From: Antedon mediterranea | Lineage: Eukaryota; Animalia; Echinodermata | Direction: 5' to 3' | NCBI RefSeq assembly: GCF_964355755.1 | Contig: NC_092678.1 | Span: 8,696,422 to 8,760,421 of the forward strand | DNA length: 64,000 nt | Part shown: positions 28,701 to 40,187 of the stretch, piece after piece | How the letters are laid out: every line of letters starts with the position of its first letter | Numbering within the stretch: position 1 is the first letter of the stretch | Made by a program: the position numbers and the translations under genes | The notes under the pieces: generated by a model | Databases searched by the model: none | What the model saw: only the letters and a program-made list of their open reading frames with translations | What the model was told of the DNA's origin: nothing

Positions 28701-31700
28701 TTTTATTTTGGTTAATATTCAGAGAAGAGAAATTGCAAAAAATAAACAGGAATATGTAGAAGCTGGTAAGGTTTATTGAAATTATAATATCTTTTAATTA
28801 ATTAGTTACACTTACTGCTACTACCTAGTTGTGTGTATATAAATTATTTTATATATTACGAAAGACAATGCTATGAACATTGATCAATTATGCATTTGTG
28901 ACAGCAGTACTGGCAAGGTTATATCACTTCTTATAAACATTTTTTAAAAAGGAATGAGCATGAACAGAAAACATTGTTGGAAGAGAGTGAAGAGTTAAAT
29001 GAGACAATTGATGACAATTAATTTTCTGTATTAAATTAAATTTTGTAATGTTATACTGAAATATGGCTCCATAAGTGTTTTGCTTTTTGACATTTTCTTT
29101 ATCTTGATTTTGGTCAAAATAAAAAGATATATTTGAAATAAAATTAAAAGAAAGAAACAATGTATCCAATGCTACGTTAGTTGAACAGGAGACCACAGTC
29201 ATTCAGTTCTAAAACAAGGATTATGAATCACGCAGTAAACATAAGTTACAAGTCGACTTTCCATTTGTTTCTCACAATAACTTAACACATTAATCGAGCA
29301 AGCTGTCTGGTAATTCAACGTAGTCTAGTAGTTGACTTACAATTATACATATTAATACAATAAAGAACACAGGTAACTAAAAAACAACCGCAAAAAACGG
29401 ACTATATCCCGTTCACCTGTGCTATTGCTATTTCAATTAAGAGGATACAATACTAATTTAAGTTGGGTAACACCATCCGAATCATACAGAGATTCTTAGA
29501 AGGAGTATGAAGAAATCGCTGTAGCATGTACGTTAAACGTATTAAATGTGCAAAAACAGTTGAATGTAATATCTGTATGGAATGCATATAATGTATTAGT
29601 AAGATAATGTTAATGTCGGAAAGTAATGAGTAGCTTTGTGGTGGTGTACAGCTTATACAATAGTGAAAGACATGCAATGTTTAGCAATTCGATTACGTAT
29701 ATGTGTTTTTTGTTGTGTTTTTTAACAGCAGTTGATGCATCTTCACAAGTCGAGCTAGCTACACTAATGACACACGATACTCAAGAAGATGTTACTGAAC
29801 TGGTTGTAGACATGCTTGAAGAAAAGAGAAGATATGCAGATAAAAACTTGTTGGAAGAGAGTAAAGAGTTACAAGAGACAATTGATGATCTGACTCTCAG
29901 CATTTGGGATTTTTCTGGACAAGATCTTTATTACATTACACATCAGGTAGCCATAGACATTTTCAAAATGTTTTAAACTATTAGCCCTTGTTTATTTGTT
30001 CATATAATTTTAGATCCTGACCGGAGATGACATTTTTTTTTCAAAATTCAAAATTAGGACAAAGCCTTCAAAGCATGAAATTTTACCCAATAAATGTGTC
30101 GATCAAAAATGACTATACAACCTTTAGTCTATTGCTATTAATTACTTTATTTATTGTACCTAATGTTATTTAAAGCAGGACTAGGCTTCTATATCTTTAG
30201 AAAACTTATAGCTATTCAACACAAGAGTGTACTTTAAATAAACCAAATCTATAGAATGAATTGATTCATGTAGGCCTAAAGGTAAATAGACTAATTCAAT
30301 TAAAAATATTTGTTTTATTTGCTGTTTTTTTGTTTTGTTTATGTGATTATTTACATTTTAATATTAATAATCAAACTATAATGCTATCCTTAGATCATTT
30401 GTAATTCTTACCTAATTAGTATTTTATATTCAGTTGATTTATTTATTTTCTTTTGACAGATGTTCTTAGTATCCCGTGGTATTTACATTATCTGTTTTAA
30501 TCGCTGTCATGACCTCAATGCACCATCTAGAGTACAAGTATTTCATAGGGATTATGGGAAGGTGAGGTACAGATATTCCAAAAACAAGTTGAAATAGTAA
30601 TAGTTTGATTGTTTAATATGTATTTGAACTAAAACTATCATTGTATTCATTTGGACATAAAGTTATTTTACTTAGATTATAATGTTTAAGTTAATTTAAC
30701 TATTAGAGTAAGATTAAATTAATTAGTTTATGTAGTTTAACTTAACATGAATTAAAATGAATATTTAAGTTTAATAAGCATGACGTAAAAATATTCTAAA
30801 CTTACAGATACAGATACAGATACAGATAACTTTTATTGTCCAAATAAACTGGAAATTGCATTTGCTCACTTATCACATAAAAATATCGTATAAAAATATC
30901 GTATAAAAATAAAGTATAAAATGTAGAATAACAATATAAAAATACACAATGATTAAAAAAGTACATCATAAAATTACAGCTCAAAAATATTAAAGTTAAA
31001 AATACAGATCATAACAAACCGGTTTAAAAAGTGTCTTATATTTCATTATTAATTATTATATTATATTATTTATTATTGTTATCAAAATTATTGTAGTTAC
31101 CTCTTAAAGTCATCGTTAAATTTTTTAATCCCAGCTGGGAGAAACGAATTTGAGTATCGACCCGTCCGGGCCAACACCGGCCTCAGTCTACCACTTCTAC
31201 CAATGTGGCAGCGAAGAAGATCCGAATGAAGGGGGTGGCTTTCCTCCTCCATGACCGCCTGTAAACCATTTTTCAATCGTTCTCCGTAGTGACAATCGTA
31301 GACTGAGTCCGCTGTCAGCGCCGACGAGCCAATCACTCTTAATGCCCTTTCTAACACTTTACATATGCGGCCCTTATCTCCTTTGTTTATGTTCCCACCC
31401 CAGCCTAATAGGCAATAATCCCAGATTGAAAAAATAACAGATGAATAAAACATAGTAAGTATCTCTTCCCTTACCCTAAAAACGTTCATTTTCCTCAAAC
31501 AGTACAGTCTAGTATTTAATTTTTTAATTAGTTGATCTACATGCTCTCCCCATGATAAATTATTGTCATACGTTACCCCAAGATACTTATATGTTTTAAC
31601 GATTTCTACCTCATGTCCTTTAATCTGGACAGGCTCAATTTCCCTTCTTTTTTTACGGCGGAAATCTATTCGCATTTCTTTGGTTTTTGCTACATTAAGT

Positions 31701-34700
31701 TCCAGGAAATTTTCATCACAGTATTTCGTAAACCTAACTATTTCAGATTTGAAATTTGTATCGTCATCCTCTTTTATTAAACCTATCATAGCAGAATCAT
31801 CTGCAAATTTAATTACTGGACAGTCCGGGAACCTAGGTTGGAAATCCGACGTATACAATGTGAACAAAAACGGTGCAAGTACAGTACCTTGTGGTGCTCC
31901 CGTATTTGTCCGAATAATGTCCGATCTGACATTTTGATTTAGCCTAACAAACTGGAGACGTCCAACGAGGAAGTTAAAAACGAACGAAATTAGTAAATTG
32001 GGGATATTCATGCCGAACAACTTATTAATTAAAATGTGTGGTTGGATGGTATTGAAAGCTGAACTAAAGTCGAAGTACATAATCCTAACAGACGGGGATG
32101 TTCTCCAATTGTCAAGATGGGCATACATTTTTTCATTTTTGTATATTAATGCGTCTTCAGTGTTCCTGTTTCTCCGATAAGCGAACTGATGTGGGTCCAA
32201 AAAATCTGCAACTAATGGTTTCAGGCTTTTTAGAACAATCTTTTCACAGACTTTCATTGGGACGGATGTTAGCGCAACAGGTCTAAGATCGTTATAACAC
32301 TGTATATTTTGTCGTTTAGGGATTGGGATGATGCATGACGTTTTCCAGGATTCTGGCAAGGTTTGTGTTTCAAAAATCAAGTTAAAAATATATACAAAAA
32401 TATCTGCCAATTGGGTTGCGCATAATTTAAGAACTTTGGGTAGAATTTGGTCTGGTCCAGCTGATTTGGATGCTTTCAGACCTTTAAAGTGGCTGGTAAC
32501 TTCATCCGCATTTGTCTTAAGGTCAAAACCACTTTCATCTGGTAAGGCCAACCTACTTTTGATTAAGATCTGTTCATCAGAAAAATTATAGCGATCGAAC
32601 CTATTAAAAAAAGTATTTAATTCATTAGCATATTGTTTAGTCAAATTTGACACAATTCCACTTCCTTGTGGCGATTTTGCATATCCGCTCATTTGCCTCA
32701 TTCCCCTCCAAACCTTACTCATATCATTACCTACAAAATTTTCTTCTATTTCACGTTTGTACTTTAGTTTACTTTTACGTATTACTCGTTTAAGTTCCTT
32801 TTGGATTTTATTTAGCTCATTTACATCACCTTGATCGAAGGCCTGTCTCTTTTTCTTAATAACATCTGTCACCTCCCTATTTATCCATGGTTTACGGTTT
32901 CCGTAGATTTTAACTTTCCTTTTTGGTATTACATTTTCAGTACAAAAGTTAATATATGCACTGACCGCTTCCGTTACCTCGTCTGACCCGTTTGAATTTT
33001 CCGTAAAAACACTCCAGTCCGTAGTTTCAAATTCGCATTTCAGCTGTTCTATTGCATCTTGAGTCCACTTCTTTACAGTAATGACCCTGGGTTTCTGCCG
33101 TTGTACTAATGGACGATACTTGGGTTGTAGTATAATTAAATTATGGTCAGATTTACCAAGTTTCGGCAATTTTCTTGCTAAATATGCGTGTTTTACGTTT
33201 GAATAACATACGTCAAGGGTAACAGATTCCCGCGTGCTGCACTTCACATGTTGGTAATAGTAAACGCTACTCTTTTTTAGGGTACAATGATTAAAGTCTC
33301 CATTTATTACAATATATGCGTCAGGGGAAGCCGTTTCAATTTCCGCTATAACTACGGTTAGTTCTCTTTGTGCTTCCTTGGCCAGATTTTTGTTTGGTAT
33401 GTATACAACCACTAAAACAACATGTGAAAATTCCCTCGGTATGTAGAACGGACGTATTGAGAGTACCATTATTTCAACGTTAGGCGAGCAGCTGTTTTTC
33501 TTTAGATGCACATTATTTGGGTGACAATACCTTTCGCTTATATATGCCATAACACCGCCTCCTCTATTTTTTCCGGATTTAACCGTTGTACATTGCAAAA
33601 ACACAATTACTGAACACTGATATCTTTTATCAGGGGTTTTGTAATATTATACAAAACATTTAAAATTTCACCTAGGTACACTAGTTACATATTTTATGTA
33701 CTTAATATTTTATATGTTAAAATAATGCATACTAGACCCGATTCTGCTACCGTCAAGAGGTATATATCTATAAAACTATAGCCAGTTATACACGTTCCTG
33801 TCTTCAGAAATGCTGTAATTTTAACGTATAGAGGGCGCTATATATAGTAAATATCTTGTGTTTTATAGATAGATACCTCTTGACAGCTTCTATGATCAAA
33901 TTTAATTGTATTTGTCCACAGCATTTTTTACATTGGTCTCTATGAGCTGTTATTTTTTCTGAATGTACTTAAACTTCATTTACTGCATTTCAGATAAGTT
34001 AATGGGGAAGCTTAGTATGTTATTTATTTATACATGCAACTATTATTTAACATTGCATAGATTTTAGATGCTGATCACTACATGACCAACTTGGATCGTG
34101 TGCTTTTCTGGTCACATTCAATCTACTCACATACAAGTACAACAGACAATAAAATGTCAAACCTGAAACAACTTTCACCGCCTATATTTATTGTGGGCAC
34201 TCACGGAGAAAGTCTGCCAGGCAATGATGAAGATAAACAAGTTCTTGTGAGTATGATATGTAAGCTTATATCATTAGAACCCAGCACTGGAAAACTTTAT
34301 TTAAATCATTTTCATTAAACATTTTTTTCACTATTAAGGAAAGCTTTTAAGGGAAAACCATATGAAGGCCACGTTGTGTTCAAGTACTATGCCATTGATA
34401 ATAGCATCAGATCACCATTGGATGAGTTCATTGTTGAGCTTAGAGATCATATCACAGAGGTGGCTAAAAACGAACCCTATATGGGGGAGAAGATGCTATT
34501 AAAGTGGTTGAATTTCTTGCATGAAATTGAAAAGTTACGTGCACAGAATGAACATTCAATTACCTTCAAGCAGGCAAGTAAAAGTCTTTGTAAATGCATA
34601 CTATGTGTAAATGTATACCCCTAGTGGATGAATATATTATTCTGTAAACGTTTAAACAATAAATTGGTCAGTTTAGATTTTTTTAGATTTTTGAAAATGA

Positions 34701-37700
34701 ATAATAAGAACGGTGTATGATTATCCAGTTAGTAGTTAATATAATACGGTATAATAATCATCGTCTATTTTTAGTCAACAAATCACATTCACTTTTTTAT
34801 TGTACGTACCAATTATGTATTTCATTATGTTGTCTATTCATAATATTGAAATGTGTATTCAAATTCCAGGTAACTAAACTAGCTTCCCAGTGTCATATTA
34901 CAAGACAAGATCAATTGTTTGCTATGTTGCATTTTCATCACGACCTTGGAAACATTGTTTATTACGGAGAACGAGATACACCAGATAGCGCCCTCAATGA
35001 CATCATCATTATAATACCTCAATGGTTGATTTTCATTTTCAAGCTAGTTATCACAGTTAAAGATCCTTCAGATCAAGTATGAGATTTTGTTTCTTTAATT
35101 CTATTTTATTATAGTACTGTACTTGTGTTCAACATACATTTAACATGTGCTTAATTCATAGGTTCACCTAATATTGTTTGATGATAGTATCTATATATAA
35201 ATTTACGTAAGGGCAAAATTCGGTAAATCGCGCCTTACTTCTAGAATTTTTACTCGATGGTATATCAAGTTGGTTCATACTTTCGGTAATGATTTTAACC
35301 ACCTAATGTAACCATGTTTACTAATTAAATTAAGGTAGAGAGTTAGTTATTGCCAATTAAAACAAACTTAGGTTCAATGATTTCCCCAAAATAGGGGTGT
35401 TTTTCGATCGTCGTATACACTGTCTAATGAACCATCTTGAAAAATACCCGCACACAATAATACGAGGATGCTTCGCATTTTCCTATCTCCTTCTACGATA
35501 ACTGTTTTTAATAGCTGGAAACCGGTTGATCAGGTCGAGTACAGTATCATAATGTTGAAGATGATTTTCTTTAAAAAATACTATTTGAAATCGCCAGTTT
35601 TATATCGTGGAATTACTGTGTATTACTATGGACACGACCGAGTATTAGTAATTATCAGTCAACATTCAAAAAAAATAATTTCCAGCAGCCTAATAATACC
35701 ACATTGTTTTAATATTGTCTGCTTGCATAAGTTAATTGTATACTATTTAAACTCTATTTTACATTATTTGTAATCCTGTTTTTGTAGTGGGCTGAGTTTA
35801 GAAGCTCTTGGAAAAAAAACTTGATGAAGAGGGTCTCCTAGAAGTGAGACTACTTAGACGTATGTGGCAAGACTTTCTTGAAAAAGTTGAAGCATTGTTA
35901 GAGCTGATGCAGAAGTTTGACTTACTGTGTATCAGGACTCAAGCAATTAAGGTACAGTTGGAGTGGTAGTAGTGGAAAAAAGCTTCCAGCTTGATTTTGA
36001 ATCATCAGTTGTTTCACACAATTATGTAAATATATAACACTAAACCAGGAAGCAAATAATAAAAATGTTTAAAATAATTTTTAATAATGCATTGTAACAA
36101 CAATATTATTACATTAATACAACCCTTTATTGAGTCTTATTAGTAAATATTTGACTTTCAAAAAGACGATCGTCTCTTCTATGTGCCATCACTACTGAAG
36201 GAGAATGACGGCGATGAAATGGTGTTACTTGACAAACTGACAAAGTTAAAAACTGCTGCAGTTCTTTACGTTGACTTTGATGGTTTCCTACCTGAAGGAC
36301 TGTACTATCGACTCGTAGTAAGAATCGTGCTATGGTCACAACAGAGGAAGCTTGATGAGGGATATAATCCTAGGCTCTTTTACCAGCAGGTGAAAGTATA
36401 CATTGATCACAATCATGATGCCATTTTCAGGATCCTGCCTGAAAGAAGATCTTGTATCCAGGTAGGCTAGGAGTGCTTGCAACAAGTGTAGATGCATGTT
36501 TTTAAATTCGAAACACGACGTTTTTTAATAGGAGTTAACATTCAAATTTATTTTCTCTTTAATTTGAAACCCTATTTTATATAATTAACAATTAAACAAA
36601 TTTCATATTATGATTTTGTATATAATTTCTATTCGTTATCTATATTTCAATTATACTTTAAACCATTGTATAATTGCTTAGAATTTCCACAAGAAGAAAG
36701 AGTAATATTGCTATAGTGTACATGGTTAATAATAGCTTATGCAATTGAAAACAAATGTTTCTAAATGAACAAACACCTTTCTACTTTACAATCATTAAGT
36801 TAATAACTTTAATATTGAATGAAAGATTTGTGTCATATTTATTTCTGTATAGATTGTTGTTTACAGACTTAAAGTTGGTCATGAACAGCTTGAACCATCC
36901 CCAAGTGTTTGCAAAGAGGTGTGTGCTGGGTTACAGCTTTTTTATATTAAAATCCTGTTTGATTGAGAGTATAAATTGAAATTATAAAGTATTTTTTTAA
37001 AAGTAGACTGCATTTAAAGGCATTTCGTGTGTATGTTAGCTTAAACTTAAACCATCAATTAATCTATCTTGTATTTCTGATTAACAGGTACTTGAACTCA
37101 TTGCAACAAACCTACAGGACATTGGCCAAAAATGGATGAAACGTGTTGTTTTTACAACTGTGTTCTGTCCATGCAACGTTTGTTCCATTGAAAAAGTCCA
37201 CTTGCATAAACTTGAAGAATGCCTTGAATCAACTCCTCGATATGGGCCGGATGATGAAATGGATACTCGCAAAATCAGACGTTTGTTTGGAAAGAAGGAG
37301 GAAAATCCAGGTACAAAAGAAATAAATAAAAATAGTCTTGGAAAAGACAGAAAACCATCTTTAAAATAGCATTTATTGCAATACTAACACCTATTCTTCT
37401 CTCTTTCTAGATATAGTAAGTCAACATAATATGTACATACAAAATAATAAAAAAAAAAAAAAACTAATAAGTTAATAACTAATAAAAATATTCCAAATAA
37501 AAATATCTATATTATGACCATTTTGAGACCAAATATAAATCTCTACCTTCATTATTTACCGAGATATAAGACAATTTGGTGTTATAGGCGGCAATTTTAA
37601 GAAATGGCTGCCAAAAATTTTCCTCTAGGAGTTGAGTTGGAACTAATTGATAGATGTTAGTAGACATGTTTCTGAGATTTGAGAAAAATTTGCTAACAAG

Positions 37701-38466
37701 CCCTAACTAATTATGTTCATGAGTAATATAAACCCAATCGAGAAACTGGGAAAGATTACTATTCTATACTGTATTCAAATGCTACAGTGTCTCATACGTC
37801 TTTCAAATATGAAAACTACATCAAAAGTCATAAACCATGACCCATCCTTCCATGATACAGGCAACACGTGCGACACTGTACTAAATTTACCTAGAATACT
37901 GGACACATAATGCTATTTATGTGCAGATACAGTACGGTACTGATAGTTAAATAAAAAGTGCAATATTCAAAACGTCTTCCTCCTTGCATCTCTTTTAAAC
38001 TGTTCACCTTTTACATATAATATAAGTCAACAACAATTCCACTGAATGAAACAATAAGCATGGTAACCACTTTTCTAAGCAACCATGTATTTGTGTTATT
38101 TCAGCATGCGAAGACACTGCTCAAGATAATCTCAATGTTCCAGGATATCTGCGATATCTCATTGGAATCTATAAAGACATCCCGTCACCTATCTTGCCAT
38201 TTGATATAATGACAGAGGTCTGCGTTCTCTTGGACCCCAAAAACATAGCAGACTATAATGACTGGCGTGGTGTAGCGTGCAAGGTTGGCTACGATCGTTA
38301 TATAAATCACTTGGATACCACAATGAATAGCCCTACTATGTGTGTAATGTATGAATGGTGTGAGAAAGGTTTGTCATTGGAAGCTTTTAAGGCTTGTATG
38401 AATGACATGAATCGTAATGACGTTGTACGTTTGATTGATGAATATCTTACTAATAAAGAGGTCTGA
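19761..38466 (+). CDS. ROCO-family protein: tandem DED-like domains - Roc GTPase - COR - Death domain (multi-exon; possible recent pseudogene)
   Basis: Exons: 19761-19779 (tentative), 23546-23557, 23958-23978, 24074-24582, 25029-25052, 25828-25984 (GQERVGKTSL), 27179-27279 (TDGIE), 27756-27844, 27959-28064, 28298-28404, 28723-28765, 29729-29946 (IWDFSGQDLYYITHQ), 30460-30561, 34061-34246 (PIFIVGTH), ~34340-34573, 34870-35076 (FHHDLGNIVYY..PQWL), 35788-35951, ~36166-36461, 36853-36918, 37088-37310, 38105-38466. Most junctions are phase-compatible. Confidence 0.85.
20547..20798. mobile_element. MITE with ~37-bp TIR
   Basis: CTATAGCAAGGCATTTAATGAATAGGCAAACTGCCTTA ... TAAGGCAGTTTGCCTATTCATTAAATGCCTTACTATAG. 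Confidence 0.75.
21902..22069 (+). mobile_element. tRNA-derived SINE, cut by a Helitron
   Basis: A box TAGCCGAGTGG, B box GGTTCAATTCC, acceptor-like GGAGTTG/CAACTCC, poor anticodon stem, followed by a non-tRNA body. Confidence 0.6.
22070..23336 (-). mobile_element. Full-length non-autonomous Helitron (family B, ~1.27 kb)
   Basis: Minus strand A|TCTATATATAAATTTACGTAAGGGC ... hairpin-CTAG|T, no TSD, colinear with 53247-55129. Confidence 0.85.
24074..24582 (+). CDS. ROCO exon encoding two tandem death-effector-like (DED) domains, with two frameshifts
   Basis: EFWRVIDELSSGINVNDL / MLKVALYDII..LFKLLHYEGYV..DLLFEVFE and YRRMLVQIGKSLNDEQVDILAKLC..WNLINRLTQGKIEDT..FVEILKD resemble DED helices. The reading frame shifts near 24133 and ~24287. 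Confidence 0.6.
25828..25984 (+). CDS. ROCO exon: Roc P-loop (G1)
   Basis: VPIEVLARG..EG..TRLMLVGQERVGKTSLTKALTG, with AG and GTAAGT borders. Confidence 0.9.
26571..26756 (+). mobile_element. HINE/DINE-1-like element
   Basis: TTTTAGTCGCGTGGACGCGACT, then a (GGTC/TGTC)n tract, then the CACGCGACT subterminal inverted repeat and a GGCC hairpin, with T-rich flanks. Confidence 0.6.
29729..29946 (+). CDS. ROCO exon: Roc G3 / switch II
   Basis: LSIWDFSGQDLYYITHQ matches the Roc consensus WDFAGQxxYYxTHQ. Confidence 0.9.
30803..33590 (-). mobile_element. 5'-truncated Rex1/Babar-like LINE with uninterrupted 835-aa APE-RT ORF, inside a ROCO intron
   Basis: ORF 31097-33604: RPFYIPREF, GDFNH, GKSDH, LRPVALTS, HQFAYR, DFSSAFNTI, GAPQGTVLAP, KFADD, YKYLG; (TCTGTA)n tail at 30803-30827. 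Confidence 0.92.
33752..33884. mobile_element. Small MITE-like inverted repeat
   Basis: GTCAAGAGGTAT..TCTATAAAAC ... GTTTTATAGATAGATACCTCTTGAC. Confidence 0.55.
34870..35076 (+). CDS. ROCO exon: COR domain
   Basis: MLHFHHDLGNIVYYG..LNDIIIIIPQWLI..K.VIT is the COR-A signature. Confidence 0.9.
35190..35648 (+). mobile_element. Internally deleted Helitron (family B) in a ROCO intron
   Basis: A|TCTATATATAAATTTACGTAAGGGC start; jumps to the 3' segment TTTGAAATCGCCAGTTTT at ~35585; degenerate end. Confidence 0.75.
38105..38466 (+). CDS. ROCO terminal exon: Death domain
   Basis: LLDPK..NDWRGVACKVGY..SPT..YEW..SLEAFKACMNDMNRNDVVRLI is a MyD88/IRAK-like death fold, in frame from the acceptor at 38105 to TGA at 38466. 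Confidence 0.85.
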
Positions 38467-40187
38467 AGTGACATTCAATCCTTGGTATGATTTTCAATTT
38501 TTACAAAACATTTTTCGTACTGTGAATGTAGTGAATGAAAAGTAGAATTATGACCAAATGGGTGTGATTTATTTATTACTAAAATAAGTATAAGGCAAGG
38601 CCCTGGGATGCAAACATCAATTATAATGAAAAGTAGTATAGGGTGAGGACAGTTATAAGAGTAATAGTTATGATTTAGTGCAAGATTAGAGATTAGAGTC
38701 GTGCAGTGGTGTGGACACAATCGAAAATCATTATAACGCTAATAAATAATGTATATAACCATCTTTTACGTTAAAACAACCCAAGACTAATGTGTAAGTA
38801 GCTTTTTTGATTATGATCTTTTTTTCAACAAATTATCAACAAAATTCATTATCAATGAAAAAAATTAAAAAATTGATCCTTTTCAGTTTGTACCTAACTA
38901 ACACTGTAAAAAAGACCCAGCAGTAATATCACTGAAATATTCATTGATAAATAGATAGATAGACATATTATATACTGTAACCTTTACCATATTTTTTATC
39001 ATTGCAAACAAGTGGGTTGCCCCACAAAAGAAAGAAAAAAAAAAGACCCAGCAGCATAATACTAGTTACTTTATATTAAGTATGTATTATATTATTCAAT
39101 TTTCAAGAAAAAAATAATACAAGCGTTAGTAGTCGCATATATTTATTGTATATAGGCCTACATATATTAATGTATTTTTGTAAAAAGGATTTCATTATGT
39201 ATTAGGCTACTAATCGTATTAGTAAGTAACCTTTAAATTAGAACATAACAAATTATGTTTCACTGAATGTTTCTTAATCAATACTTTTCAATTCCTGGAC
39301 AATTGTACAATTAGTACTGCACTGTGATCAGTTGTACTGTTCCTTCATATGTGGTTTTTGTACCTCAGAATGTCATAACTTTTCATCCTATGTTCATAAG
39401 CAGTAGAGAAATTCCATATTTGTGGAGATGCCATACTTTACAGTTTTTGTTGTTCAATGTTAATATTTTGTGAAACTTTTGTAATTTAGTTACACCAATC
39501 ATTGTATGTCCATACTGTTTTCAAATTGATTTAACATCAATTTTAGAAAAAGCCCATTAAGTATTCATGAATTAAGATGTCCTTTATAAGTATCGTGTGC
39601 AACTCGGTATTTGAAAAAAAAAATAGTCATCAAGGTCATAGGTCAGGTCTGGTATTTGCTCCGAATGAGCTGAAACAGAATCATCAGGATAGGGTGAGTT
39701 TGTATCGATATTACAACTAGGCCTATGCGTAATTGTGGTACAAAGATCATACAATTCACTCAATGGGAGAAATGACCGTACAATATTTAATAGGTACACA
39801 TCGTATTAAAGTAAAGAGCAACACGTAAATATAACGTTTATAACCCTCATGGAAACTATTATCATTTTAATGGTATTCTTCTGATTGGATTGTGTTCTAT
39901 TGAACAGGTTGGTTTTGTGGAAGTTGCTTATAATTGTTAATTTCCTGGTGAAATTGTTTCTCTTTTTGTTTTGTGTATGATTTGTATATCCGAAATTCGA
40001 TGTACTATCCGAAATAGAGAAAATGAATGAATAACTGATTAGATAGATTGAATATCAACTACCGTAAAAGTCAAATAGCCATGCATAATATTGTTATTAT
40101 GATGTCCCGTAACTTAGGTTAACGAAATACAATGTATACACACTTTGAACATGTTGATCTCCTCATTCATACTTTAATAACAACTAA

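Noticed and set aside
31563-32591. Plus-strand ORFs inside the Rex1-like LINE (and minus-strand ORFs inside 1716-5522)
   Set aside because: Antisense shadows of retrotransposon coding sequence.
19761-38466. Naming the ROCO gene LRRK2, DAPK1 or MFHAS1
   Set aside because: No LRR, ankyrin or kinase exons are visible, so the architecture matches none of them.
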